A stretch of DNA of 64,000 bases. Source: Pocillopora damicornis. Its lineage: Eukaryota. Position numbers and translations under genes: made by a program. Location: positions 248,001 through 312,000 of the forward strand of contig NW_020845300.1 in NCBI RefSeq assembly GCF_003704095.1, given 5' to 3'. Shown here one piece after another: positions 30,864-50,800 of this stretch; position 1 is the first letter of the stretch, and every line of letters begins with the position of its first letter. The notes beneath the pieces are model-generated. The model was not told the origin of the DNA, did no database searches, and saw only the letters and a list, made by a program, of their open reading frames with translations.

Positions 30864-32501
30864 GAGAAAAACGACATCAACAACGGCAGCAGGGGAATTC
30901 TCATCCATCGACACACATGCCTTCATCGGGCCTCCAAAGGACATATATTGTGAAGCAAATTAACTCTGCTATATTTTTTGTGATAGAATTCTCGGTTAGT
31001 AGCTTACCTTGATGAGTTCTGAGTATTAATACCAGAAAATCACAAATGTTTCGCGTGGGTAGAGGAAAAGAGTAATTAAAAAAATATTGATAATAACAAA
31101 AAGGAAGGGAGACTTCTGAGAAGAGATAAGACAAGGGATTACTAAACCTTCAAAGCGCAATTGTGTGGAGTTTCTCCTAAAGTACCTTTTCTCTTGCGTT
31201 TTTCAAGTCCTTGCCCCTCGAGGCTCCTCGATCGACGCTCCTCCAGGCCCACCTCAGGCTGTTCTAGGTACCTTGTGCTTGTTGAAACAACTGATTTACA
31301 TAGGCTTCCTTTTTCTAACATTTTTTTCCTTTTTTTCCCTTTTATCATTACCCTTGAATTGTATACCACCTAGGTAATGTGTTTTGCCTCACAGTTTTAA
31401 TCCCAGGTATCACAAACGATGCAAATATGAGGAAGACTTGTGAATAAAACTGATGATCATAAGAATGTCACGTAGTGGCGGTTTTACAATTATAACATGT
31501 CACGATGGGTATAATTAGCTGTCTATCTTAGAGCTATATTTCCTATCTCTCGATTCATTGAGAGACCTTCATGATATTCTTTCTCCACGTTCATCATCAT
31601 CATTATTATTATTATTGTCATTATTATTATTTTGGTGGTATTATCATTATTATTACCGCTATTCTGTTTTTTCGTCAATCCTAATTAATATGAGTGTTTT
31701 GACTTTCACAGAACCATTAAATTTGAATTAATACTTTTAATCATCGATGATTCGTGTTGATCGCCACGTTTTGTTAATCACGAATTTAACTGTGATTGTA
31801 GCTTTTTTTTGCACTGGCTTTTTTAGTCAGTTATATAAGAGAAAGAAACGACATGGCACAGCAGCTGGAGATTGTAAATTAATCATTTCCACTCTATGAT
31901 AACTAGTACTGCGTATTCAGAAGCAAATGGATGACTGAAGAAGAGGTTTCATATATTCTGGCGAATTCTGGTGAATTTAAAAGCGATAACATGCGTGAAA
32001 AGTGAGATACTGCAGTTTTCAGCACTAATTGCTCTTGCCAAATAGTGTAAAAAGAAGACCAAAATTGACATGTATCCAGACTTGAAGTCACGCACATGCT
32101 TTTAAGCAATCGATTTTTATTTGAATTATTGGATGAGATGCTATCAAATATTTCAAAATGGAATTTTGATGAAGTCTCTGTGCTTTACTCGATGCAAAAT
32201 TAAAAACCGACCACGAATTAAGAATTAATTAAAATAAATAAACAAAACAAGAGGCAAAGTAGGGCAAAAAGCGCCATGATGTCGAGGGGCGGTAAGGACT
32301 GAAAAAAGTTGAAAGGATTGTCTATACCATAATTGTTTCACTAATAGTTAACGCTGATATCTCTGTGGTTTGTCGGTTAGATAAGGAATACTGTGAAGCC
32401 AATTTTAACTCGGTAATGTATGGGTAACCGCGTAAAGCTACGCTGTCGCGAAATCAAGAAAAATCATTTGTAGCAATACACAGAGGCGTAGTTTTTAGAA
32501 T

Positions 32502-33050
32502 ATGGACCCAGACGAGGACTCTCGTCGAGAGGAACAAAATTATGAAACATCAATGTTTGGAACTTGTTCAGGCGAGAGCGAAGATATTGAGAAAGAGACG
32601 GCGTTTCCACATACAAAGGTTAACAATGAAAGATCGAGCAATCAGAGCAATTCCGCGAACCAAAAAAGACGATTATTTAAAGGAAGTCTGAAGCTTTCTA
32701 AACAAAGATGGATAAGCATGAACCACGACACACCGACGAGGAAAAACAGAGTTCTAAAGTCTGAGAGATCAATGGATGACGCGGTGCTGCAAGGAAGCCG
32801 GCAAAGCGATTCGCCTTGCAGCCAAAGTTCCGAATCCCAAGAGAAGAACGATAGAACAGAGCTTGACTGTGGAAGGAGTTTGGATAGCGTGCCCGAAGGT
32901 TATCGAAATTCTTTTAGTGATGTTCTATCAAGAAGAGGAAGTATTTGTGAGGAGATAGAAAAGGAGATCGTCCAGGGTGGAATTAGTTTGCACAAGATGC
33001 GTAAGTCACTAGTGATTGAACAAACCCTCAAGGATCGATTTCTTATGTGA
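32502..33050 (+). CDS. Uncharacterised 182-aa protein with polar N-terminus and conserved C-terminal RRGSIC module (paralog of 41632-42012)
   Basis: ATG-initiated ORF. Its last 39 aa align without gaps to the last 39 aa of the ORF at 41632 (17 identities), and both stop at the same position. Confidence 0.75.
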   Translation: MDPDEDSRREEQNYETSMFGTCSGESEDIEKETAFPHTKVNNERSSNQSNSANQKRRLFKGSLKLSKQRWISMNHDTPTRKNRVLKSERSMDDAVLQGSRQSDSPCSQSSESQEKNDRTELDCGRSLDSVPEGYRNSFSDVLSRRGSICEEIEKEIVQGGISLHKMRKSLVIEQTLKDRFLM

Positions 33051-34678
33051 TAATGTGATATGTAACTTGACTGCGTAAAATCATGCAGAAAAGCTATGGT
33101 TACAGTCTGCATTTTTTTGTTTAATTTTTTTCACTGAGTGTCTTTTAATCATTTTTTCTCTCTTTAGCATGGACAAAGGGGAATCCTGTGTGCTTCGTAA
33201 AACTTCCCCCGAAACCCATTGTATATTCACTTTAAGGTTTTGAATAAGTCGCGATAAGCTGCTCTCATTTCATCAATTTTGATTCATATACATTTTTAGA
33301 ACTTTTAATAAGAATCTCCAATGGGGTTTCTTACCTTTCAGATGTTATTGGCCCCTTGCAGATGGGAAGTGACAAGGCGATAATATTTCACTGTGTTATC
33401 TATTCTTGACGTTTCTAATCTGATAACGGTGTCAGAAGTCTGAAGGAGTAGTGCAATAAACGAGACAGTTTTGAAATATATGCCCCCGCTTATCTTGCCA
33501 ATTTCGGCTTCCCACGCACCTCAAAAACAAAAACAAAGCTGGTTGAAGGTAATTGATCATAAAAACAGAACGATCAGGCATCTTTTGCAAAAACAGAGCC
33601 TTAAATTTCAGTTCCCAGGAAAAGATTCGGTTACAAGTAACATTATGGCCTTCAAGGTTAAAAATGAATTTTTGAAGAACGTAATAAACAAGACTGTGAA
33701 GCCGGCCAAGGTATTCTCAAATTGAAATACACTTGATTGTTAATGTTTTGAGGCCTTGAGCCGAAGCAATTCATTTGTTTAATCTAAATGGTAATATTGA
33801 AAAACAAAAGTCCTCCCGTCTGAGTTTGTATTGATACGTCCAATCCGAAAGTCTAATCAAAATTAGTCGCAATTCAAAGCCTTTGAGCGCGTTTCAGAAA
33901 AGTCTTAACAAAAATAGTAAAAAAATGCCCTTGATTGACAGATAAATGATACAGGGAACCGGGACGAATGGGGAAACATTTAGAAAACATAGTAATAATA
34001 TGTAATAATTTGAAATCATTTCGATTGAGCGTCATAAAATAAGAGCAAAATAATCACGACAGTTAGACAGAGAAACAAATCTGCTATCAACTGCTATTTA
34101 CTTGAACGAGGAAACAGAACAATTTTTTTTCGGCAAATATCTCTCAACCAACCCACGTTCCCCCGTCCCACCTTCCTCCGCCTCCTCTTCATTTGAGGTT
34201 ACAGTAAAGTGATCGTGAAGTCATATACGTGATCTTATCGTTGCAAGAATTTTGGTGATAGGCAAATGGTAAATCACCAACAAGTCTGATCGGAATGGGT
34301 CTAGACCCCCCAGACCTTTACACTGGATCCGAACAGTACGTTTTTCTTTCTAAAGTATAAGGAAGACTTAACTTGCGTTTTTAAGCATGTTCAGCCCAGT
34401 CTAGATGGGGTCTTACATATTAGCTTCCATTCTGCAAAGATGGCATTTCGCTAAGGCTCTGACTAGACGCAGTAATGTATTAACGAGAGACCAAATGAGC
34501 TCAAGTACAGAGTTTAATAAATGCTTTTACACTTTTCTAACCTAGAGACTCTTTTCATGTGACAGTTGATAAATAGCTATAAAATTCCCATTTCAAAACA
34601 TTTCAATTCTGCCTTGACTATTTTTCCCGGCATTTATAGCCACACCGGCTAAAATTCTTTGCTTCGCAAATATCTTTT

Positions 34679-40671
<5,993 letters not shown>

Positions 40672-41631
40672 AATCTAGACAATATTTCCTTTGTTTACCG
40701 TACGAACTTCCTTTAGGCTCGTACAGAACCCTTTCCCAAGATGGGGTCAATTCAGGAGGTCAAGTTGATGATTTGAAAAAGTGGATCACTCATCGTGATC
40801 ACATGTAACAAGACTACCTTTACTTTCTTTGCATCCTGCTGCTCACGTGATATTCATGAACCACATGACTTTCCAAAGCAGCCAAGAAGCTAGGCCATTC
40901 ATGACGCCTGCCCAAGAAGAACCGATATACTTCAAAGAAATCAATTCTATGCTGGCTGTTTCTGTTATTATGTTTGAAAAGTCCATTGAGGAAAAAGAGT
41001 GAAAGCAGAACAAACGAAACAAAACAACTCGAGTTTGCATCACTTGGCATATTGCCGAGTCGCCTCAGTCTCCTAACAGAACTCTGTTACTACGGTTGAA
41101 TGAGATGCCTGCTTAGTTTTAACGCAAAAAAATCGAGAAAACAAAAAAAAAAAGGAATGGAAAGAAAAAAAGGAAAAAAAATAAAAAGGGAAATGGAAAT
41201 CTGAACGTGTTCCAACCCTAAGTTGTAATTAAATTATCGACACGTTCACAAGGGCTCGCTCTACTTCTCTTAAAGACAGTACAGTACAGAGAGCTCGAAA
41301 CAACAATGGTGAAACAGGCATGCTTCAGATTTAGCCTCACCATTTTATTCTCCTTTTCCTTTTATATTACTTTTCTTTCGGATTTTCATAACTTTTGTAC
41401 ACTTTGACCAAATTATTTCAAACGCAGCCCGTCATCGTAGGAGGGTCGGTTTGCTCCTTTAAATTTATGATGGTCTTGAAAACGTGTGTTATCTACAAAA
41501 AATTTATTCACAAAAGAGAAATAACGATCTTGGTCATTATTACTTTTAGAACTAGGGCTTTTAAACTTGCATTATTGCAATATCACATTTGTGTCGGAGA
41601 GAGAGCCATTCGTTTGCAAGTACTTCTCTCT

Positions 41632-42012
41632 CTAGATGAGATTCCAGTTCGATAGATTAACGTCAACAATGAGATCTCCCCTCATAGATCTTAGCTTCCC
41701 GCCAGTTTGCACGATACACTTATCTATCTCATCACAAATTGCGTTTCTTCGCGTTTTTAAAGCGCCTGTTCTGTACGTATACGCATTAGCATTTGATCTG
41801 GCTACAGTAAGGCTATCCTCTTCGAAGATTTCCTCCCTCGATTTCCCATTTAGATGGCTTATGGACTTCACTACAGTTCTTTGTTTGAAGGTTTCTGACA
41901 AAGAGCAATGGATTTCTTGTGCTTTGGACGCAATTTTCATCATGTAGGAGAACATAGAGGCATTATTTTTTTTGTTTACTGCGTTCTTAGCCTTGTAGTG
42001 GTCACCTTCCAT
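41632..42012 (-). CDS. Uncharacterised ~126-aa protein with C-terminal RRNAIC module (paralog of 32502-33050)
   Basis: First ATG at 42012; the tracked start at 42108 is a TTG inside a probable intron (42130-42058). Shares the 39-aa C-terminal module with the ORF at 32502. Confidence 0.72.
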   Translation of the reverse strand: MEGDHYKAKNAVNKKNNASMFSYMMKIASKAQEIHCSLSETFKQRTVVKSISHLNGKSREEIFEEDSLTVARSNANAYTYRTGALKTRRNAICDEIDKCIVQTGGKLRSMRGDLIVDVNLSNWNLI

Positions 42013-43602
42013 GCAGTTGACATCGTATTGATTGAGGTCAAAAATGTATTGCGATTTCTTTGGACAAAGTTTAAGGTAGCAAAAGGGTTGAATTAGTTTT
42101 GAAGTCAACGTTATTACAGGATTTTCTTACCTAGTCTTTCAAAAAGCATTCTTTGGCTTTCGAAATTGCCTTTTGAAAAAGTTTATCTCCTTTCATGTTG
42201 TGCGCTCGATTGAAAGTCACATTTGTTGGTTGCTTTCAGAATCATCATTGCATGGCATCTGTGCCAATGATGACTTTAAAGGTGACTAAAACTTTTGATA
42301 ATAAATATATTGAATGCATTTGTCTAAGGAAGTGATAATATATTTTTTTCGCATATATGGAGTTTATTTCAATTAGCATCTAACAAATGATAGTTCTAAT
42401 AGAGATCATCATCTTTGGAATAGAGACTTCTAGGGTTTGGAATACTAACTAGCATAGCTTTCTACGCGTCTTGATGAAACCAGCTTAAGGCCTAGGATGA
42501 AACTATGATCTCCGCTGTTTCAAAAAAGCTACGTTGAAATTTTATGCCGCTCTTTAAAAAGTAAAAAACAAACAAACAAAAAAAAAACAGAGAAGTACAT
42601 ACATGTAACAACACTGTCGTCCACAAATAAAAAATATAAAAAAAACTTTGCGGTCGATATTTCTCCTTCAATATATTATTTTTGCCGGATGCATGCAGGA
42701 ATAGCCTCTGGCTTGAATAGCACAATCTGACGCGGTTTATACAATTATATTGTAACCAATCACAGTTGAGCGAATAATCCAGAATTCTTGATGCGGAAGT
42801 TTGAATTTTTACCATAATCGATTTTTTTGAGGATGTTGTGGCTTCACACACATCAGCACTAAAAAAACACCACTATAGTATTTGTCGCGTTTGTTTGAAT
42901 CAATTAGCAGCGTAAACTAATGTTAAAACGAAATCATACTTTCACGTGGCATTATCCTTCTGCTTGCAGGTAATTTACCTCAGTGAACCCGTTTGCTTAC
43001 TAGAGGTGATTAAGTTCATTGAAAATAGACATAAAAGCCGATCTAACTTTTCAGCTCAGTTGTCGAACAGAATAGAGAAAGTTGTACAGCATTTGGAATG
43101 AGAGTGAAAAAAGAGAAAAATCTCGGTCCCTTGTGAAGTATTGAAACTCAGACCTTCGCGTTTGGCTGTCCAAGGCTACACTATTACCCTACTACTACTC
43201 CCTCGATCCGAGTATTTCTAGCCCAAGCCGAGCCATGACAGTACTGCAAAAAAAGATCACTCTGTGACTCCGAGGTCTGCGTGCTTCTCTTTGTGAATAG
43301 TGCTTGATCTTGTTTGCATCGCCTACAAAACACAAACTCCTGAGGATAAGGATATAATGCATGTCATTACAAGGGCAAGCCAGATTTTCCTTAAATATTT
43401 TCGAGTCCTAAGTGTTAGTTCTGTATGGGGCACAAACCCTTGACCTTCTTCAAGATGGTAGCTCGCACTCTCCTACAATAATAGTGGATATCCATTCGGC
43501 TGTACGACTTCAATGCCATACAAACCAGCAATCTTAAAAAAAGTGCTCGATTTAAATGCAAGAATATGCAAAAACTTATGATGATGTTAAGAAACCGAGA
43601 GT

Positions 43603-43919
43603 TCAAGTGCATTCAACGCTTGGGCCCTTACTATGAGAGCAGCCACAATCTCCCTGTCTCCACCCATTGTGTGAACATTGACTTAAATCTAGCTCTCCTC
43701 CCTGGCATCTGACTTCATCCGTCCAGACACCACCAGACCCTTGACGGTACGCATTTCGCTCTGGGATGAGCAGAAGCAGTTGCACGGGAGAAACCCAAAT
43801 CACGACGTACTACATTGGCGTCGGTGATATCCCGGTTATCGTCGTACACCGTTCCCCACCGCCCGCTGTAAAAAATATCTCCACCCACCAATAGGCTGCT
43901 CCGTTATTCACCAAACGAA
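43603..43919 (-). pseudogene. Decayed scavenger receptor cysteine-rich (SRCR) domain exon
   Basis: Reads [30 protein letters not shown]../..[35 protein letters not shown] with two frameshifts. The conserved Cys of WGTVC and VVCR are replaced. No partner exons found. Confidence 0.8.
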
Positions 43920-43977
43920 CTGAGACGGACATGAATTTTTGAAATGTGAAAATAGAGCAAGAGCACGGCTGGTTACT

Positions 43978-44187
43978 TTAACCCTTTAACTCTCAAGATC
44001 TCATTAGTAATTCTTCTTACTGTCTGCCATACTGTTCTTGTGATGTTATTTTGGAGAATTTGGTACTGAATCAACTTGTTCCCCTAATTGATATTTTTCG
44101 TTATTCTCATTACTTGAATGCTTGGTATTGTATTTATATTGTTAAGAGAAATTCTGTCTTGGTCACTCATGAGACTTAGAGGGTTAA
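43978..44187. mobile_element. piggyBac-type MITE (best preserved copy)
   Basis: TTAA-CCCTTTAACTCTCA ... TGAGACTTAGAGGG-TTAA, ~200 bp, non-coding. Confidence 0.8.
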
Positions 44188-45579
44188 AGCGTAAAATGGC
44201 AGCACCGATTAGAGTGCTTGCTATATGGACATTACTTGTCAGCGGGCGGCTTGCTAAAAGTGCTGAAGCATGAGATATATCCAGTTGATTGATTGAGTAC
44301 AAAGCGTTCCCAAAGCAAATGCAACTGCCCTCTTGCCCTTCGTTTCTCCCTAAAAGGTCTGTGCTTTTAAAGTTTTCTGATGCATGGCTCATCACCTTGG
44401 TAATTTTTGGACGCTCAAGGAAAAAAAATTGAGAGCAAATCCAACCGACCTGAAAGATGGAAAGATTTCGTCACACTGACTTTTTGCAAGCACCGTAACT
44501 GAATGCTTCTGAAGGATATTTTGTTTAGTACAGGATAAAATTGTTTTGAAGTTGGTCCCGGCCAATGTCAGGACGTTTGAGGAATTTTGTAATTAAAAAA
44601 GAAGTTGAACAGCAGGGGTAGCTAATTTGATATTCCCTCGGTCCGTATGGTATTCACGCACTTTTGGTTTGTATAAGAAATCACACTCGTTCGCATTACA
44701 CATTCGTTCGATTTGTGATACCTGCCAACTCGTACTGATAAATACCAAACGGACACATTTTCCATAAAATTCGTATCGCCCCTTGTTGTATATTCATTTT
44801 ATTCACCAAAACAAGCAACTCCAAATAAAAACTTAAACATTAAAATGGTACGTTTAATCATTTGATACTTAAAAATCGGCATACAGTTTACAAAAGTACT
44901 ACAAAACTGAAACACAACTATAACATAACATTAAAAAAATAACTACTAGATAGACAAAGCACTTTACTAGGCTATCATGGTTAGCATTAGATTACAGTAG
45001 CTTACCAGAGAATATCGTTCTTTGAGGGGATTTTATACTCTTACTAGGAAGTTTTTTTTTTCTCACCTTTGAAATATGGTGCATTTAATTTGAGTGAATA
45101 TTTAAGTCTAAAAGATGAGTATTTCGGTTTTAAGCACACCAAAATTAAAGGCCTCAAAGGATTCAAAACATTCGACGCATTTAAATGGACACTCGTATCT
45201 GGGGAACTTTTTTATATATTAACGCAATAAGTAGGCTATGATACCATGGAAACGACGAGTCCATGATCTAATTTTAAAGAGATCGCAAACTCTTGAACCT
45301 GTCGCGTCAATACAGTCTCAGTTCCTGATAACAAGAAGAGCATTTTTTATTTTTTTCCTTAAAGAGGTTTTTGATTTAAAAAAAAAGTGAATAAATAAAT
45401 AAACAAATGACGCAGGCTTTGCAACAACGATAAAGTAATAAAACTTTTCTGCTGGAGGGTATCTAAGTGATTTAGTGAAGTTTGTAAAAATCTGTCCGAA
45501 CCGTGTCAAAATACACACGCAAGGTGATTGATTAACATACGAAGCTAAATAGCGGCCATTTATTTTAAAAGTAAGAACC

Positions 45580-47784
45580 ATGAAGCCACTGTGTAAATTC
45601 TTTATGTTTCTCTTTCGCAGAAAGCGACTCACCAAGAGCATTACTCTAGCATTTGCAGCCTTTGTCATTTGTGGGACGTTTTTAGTAACAATAAGGCACC
45701 GGATATCAGTTGAATTTAATGTTTCTTTTGACAATGAAAGTTATAAATTGAACTCGAATTACCGGAAAAGGTTCACAGTCGCCAATCAAGCAGCCAAAAT
45801 GGAGTTATTGGGAGCGAAAACCCATATCTGGAACGACTTCTGCCAATCTTCAATTCAACTTCTTTGTTATCACCCGTTGTTTCCAAAGGCACCAGACGTG
45901 AAAACCGTTGTAAACTCATTGGATATTTCAAGATATGAAAGTGATTATGCTCAGAGAATTTTTGGGTTTCTACACCCGCCGAAAACAGGATATTATAAAT
46001 TTGCTTTAGCTTCCGATGACTTCTCTGAACTGTGGCTCAGCTCAAACGAATACCCAGAAAATGCTGTTTTGATTTGTAGCCTGAGTGAATGGACCACCAG
46101 AAACAATTTTCAGCTTTCGCCCACACAAGTTTCCATCGAAATAAAGTTGTTAATGGGTCACAAATATTTCATAGAAATTCTTCATCTTCAAATGGGAGGA
46201 GATGATTTTGTTCGAGTCGCATGGAGCCTGCCTGGAATGAAAAGAGATAAATTTGAGACGATTCCCGCCGATAACCTTTCTCTATTCATTGACAACAGTG
46301 TAACGGAAAATAACTACAACTCTGTTCCAGAAAGTCCCGCTTGTAAATCAAGGCACAGTCATTTTCAAAGCTTAGAAACGAACACCAAATCCAGACCTGT
46401 GTACCTTTTTCACGACGAAGTTGCCAACGTATTGCCTCATTGCGCTTATGAACCAAGTTATCTAACCATGAAAGAAGCACCCAGAGGCCCGAAAAGGGGT
46501 TACGACTTCCTAAACGGTTACTTTATTCCCATAGAGAGTTACCCAGATGTTGAGTATAAAAGCGTGGTGGAATATTATCCAGAATTAGCGAATCATAGTT
46601 TGGATATGATGATCGCAAAAAAAGCTGCAAAGAAGTATGTGGATGCTCTACATGAACACCACCCAGGGTGAGTAGATACACGCTTGGCTCGGTTTTTTTA
46701 AAAAAATTTTTTATATTACTATTATTATTTATTTTTTTTATAAAAGTAGACTCTATGGTCGTGGGCATTGATATGTCTTAGGCCCGAATCAAAGCCTTTT
46801 AGGCCGGGCCAGTAAACGAGGGTTAAAATGAGCTCTTGGAGGGGCCAAATGTATTTTTGCCCGATAACATAAACTTTATTACTATTATCATCGCAGTGGA
46901 CGGCTTTGAGAAAATAAGAACCAAAAAAAAAAAAGGTAACCTTACAGTCTGAATAATCACGCAAGCGTGCAAGAAGGCCAAATACATTCAAGCCGCAAAA
47001 ATCTTCATATTTTCCATTTTTTCTTTGGCTTGCAGCTTCTTAGGCTACGTTAGCACCTGAAAAGGGTTTGTTTGGCCAGCTGTAGGCTGTTTTGGCAACC
47101 AACTGATTGGCGAATTTGCCTTATTCTAAAATCTTGTGGCTTTCAACGTTGTAATGAACCAGTTAAAACAGAACTGACTCAGTCGATTATATTATCATTA
47201 TTGTTATTATTTTTATTAACCATTAAAATTTGAGTGTTCCAGAATATTCAATCAATATACAAAGCGTGTGAAGTTGACATGATAACCCTATACAGCGGAT
47301 ATTACACTAAGCCCCTCGTCCGTATAGTGTTCTCAACCTTTGCAAACTCAGAGAGAGCGTCTTCTTTCGCTGATTATTGCACATTATTATTAAAAATGTA
47401 TAATAAAGCAATTATTAGATTCGCTTTTCGCATGATATCAAAAATTATTAAATCTCGCAACTGTGTTGTCTGCCGAAGCCGAAGGATGAGGCAATGCAAA
47501 TACCTATTATTGGATGAAGTTGAGCATGATACAGCATGAATTGTCAATGCCGAGGTATGAGTTATCATTTGAAAAACGAATTAAATAATTGTTCCATAAC
47601 ACATTTTTTTTAAACAATCTGCGAAAGAAGGCACTTCTTTCTGAGTCTGCAGATGTTTGAGAACACTACATGGACAAGGGGCTTAAGGCAGGCAGACTTT
47701 GAACTCGACATGATAACCCAATATCTCCTACAGATACTGGCCCGGGTTATCATATCAATATTAATTAATATTAGTAGAGGTAAA

Positions 47785-47820
<36 letters not shown>

Positions 47821-50800
47821 AAGTGATATTTCAAAATTGTTCAAAATGCCACGTGCCGCGAAGGGTGAGTGGTATTTTGGACAATTTTGAAATATTACAA
47901 GTCGTAATACCACGCACTGGTTATACCATTATTTGTTTATAAGAGAAGCCGAGAAATTTTCGGTAACGCACAGGAAACCTTTATTTCGTGACAGTTAAAA
48001 AAGAAAAACAAACAAACAAAAAGAATACGCAGGCGTCTGTATTGGTAACAATCTCTTTACCTCAAAGAAGAAAAATGGCGGTTGACGGTTTTTTGTGAAA
48101 CCAGTACAAACTATCGAAGGCAAAAAACATGAATTAGTTCAATGGAAGAAATTCTAAAATCACGGTTTTTGCTGTCACGGCAGCGGTGAAGCGAAACCAC
48201 AATTAAGTTAAGGTACGGGCAAGTTTCTCCTAGTATTTAACTACTGCTTTGTTGAAAAACACCAACGCCAGCTCCGTAATTTATCGTCACCTGGCAGCCA
48301 TGAAAGTGGTGGACTATTGTTTGGCAGGCTGGAGTCGCTGTATGATTGTACTGAATGGGGAAACAGGAAAGAACTGGAAGGGAATTCTAAACGTTTTGGC
48401 AGACAGGAAGGTTGATAATAGATGAGATCTGTCGCTGTTTTGCTTCGTGACCTTCCTCGTAGTTTGTGTGGCCTGTTACACCGATGATAGCAGTTCTTGG
48501 CTGCATGATTCGAGGCCTTCAGCTTCTTCATAAGCGTTTTTCTTACCAAATGGTTGGGTAACTTTCTTCCCTCAGGTCAAGGCCATACTTTTTTATGAAG
48601 GAGTCGACCATATTGAAACCCATCCTTTGATTCTTGTATCACACTTCGTATTTCGGTTTTTCTATAATGGCGAGATAATATGGGTCACTGTTTCGCATTT
48701 CTTCAGGTCTGTGGGAAAGACATGTTTGAAGAATTGGAGTAAAAAGGGGGACCTCCAGTGGCAAAGATGTTTGACTGGGTGGCTCTTCGTTTCTTTCTTA
48801 GACAGTTTTCCTGGGTCTTTATTGGGTTTCTTCGAATTTTACGCACTCTGTACCTTGATCGTCCTTGTTTAAACTGAAATCTTCGACAAAAATTTCATGG
48901 TGCTCCTGGCAATCCCAAAGATTAAAATGAAAGTATGGGGGAGTGAATTTGGGTTTTGTTCGCCAAGTACACGATTTTTCCACAGCTTCTCGAGGACGGT
49001 AGGGGCTTTTGTTGCATTTAGCCATTTTGCGTGGCCTTTTTCGCGAAGAGCTCTTTTTTTTTTCTTCCGGGAACATTCTGCACTTAACAAATTCTTGGTC
49101 GTTTGTTATGGATGTTTTGTTGTAATTTTTTTGAGGTGCATGGCGAAGGCAGCTAACGTAGCCCTTAGGCTGTCCCGTAGTTAGTCGGAGCCATCGCTTT
49201 TGCGAATTTCGGCAAAGAATCGCGAGAGGCATTCGTCATGTTCCTTACCTTCGTATTCGACAACATCATCGTTAAGACCCTTGCTTTCTACCCACGACTT
49301 CCAAACGTTCATCCACGTCTCTAGTTTTGACTGTACTTTTGTTTTACTGTTTTTCCGGCGAGCTTTTGTATTTCCTCACCGGAAATTTCCCGAAATCTTG
49401 CCGCCATTGTTTTGAAACTGACAAAAGCAAATCGTTGTTGTGTCAGTGTTGTCATGGTAACCTTGTTATATCGTCTATTTTTGCTGTTATATATACCACT
49501 TTTACACTGAAATAGTGATACTGTCAATCATTTAAATCTCGGAAATTTCTCGGCTCAAATTATAATTATTATTGTTGTTGTTGTGGTTGTAGTTATTGTT
49601 ATCATTTAGCGACAATTTTACTTTATCATGCAGAAAGTTCAAGGTCGTGAAACTCGTTAACGTGGAAAGAAAAGTCGATCCGAAGTTGGGAAGTCGATTC
49701 TTTCTTGAGTTCCTAATAAATGTCACGGGAAAAAACGAACTGGTCATGCTTTCAGAATCTGTCTTTTTGCCCAAAGGCTCCGACAACTTGTGTTATCCCA
49801 AGGGATTCCAGTGGAATAGAAATGCAAAAATCGCCTTAATTATCACCCTCAAAAACCAGGGACGGTGGATGGTGCACTTCCTAAACAACTTAGAAGAAAT
49901 ATACAGTGCTTCAAAGGACAACAAAGTGAGTCTAGTGATATACGATTATAAAAGCTCCGACATGAATCTGGAACAGGAGCTTGCGAAAAGGAAACTTCCT
50001 CCCACTAAAGTCATCGTTCACGAAGCAAAGCACTATTCTCGTACCAAATCCTTCAACAGGGCTGTGGAACAAGTTCAGGATCCGAAAACCATCGTGTTCA
50101 CTCTTGATCTTCACTTGGACTTACCTTCCACAATCTTTGACGACATCCGTAAAGTGAGCATAGATAACATTTTCATAAGATTTCCGTTAAACTGACGACT
50201 GACATGTAAAGTAAAGGAATTAGTAATTTTGGTATAGAAATGAACCACATTTCTACCCATTCCAAAACTTACTTACTGATCTTATGTAGGCCTGCACCCA
50301 CAACTCCTACATTCGTATGTTCCATGTTAGCTCGATTCCCAAGGAAAAATCAGGCTTGTATTTGACATAGGGATAAGTACTTTTTCCGGTTTACTCAAAG
50401 ACTGTTGAAGTTGTACATCGCATGAAAAACGGGAACAAACGAGGCCTGTTATCAGATTAAAAAGCAGACGGGTAATATCGATAGGTTTCATCGCACTTGT
50501 ATCCTTATGGAGGTATTTACCAAAACTAGGTGGCACAAATACGACGGGACCATAAAATAACGTTATTTTAGTGGTAAGTTAGAAAACAACCACTTATTAG
50601 TCAACGACGGCAATTATAGACGGTTGTAGTTTACCGTCGAAGATGCCTTTTTCGTTTTAAAAACCCTACTTTAAAAAATGAAGTTATTTCTAAATCTGTT
50701 CCACAGCATTGCTTTGAAGGTCGTTCTGTCTACACTCCCGTTATTATCCGCTTGGGTTGTGGGAAAACTCCAGAAACCCCAGAAGGAAAATGGGAACCAT

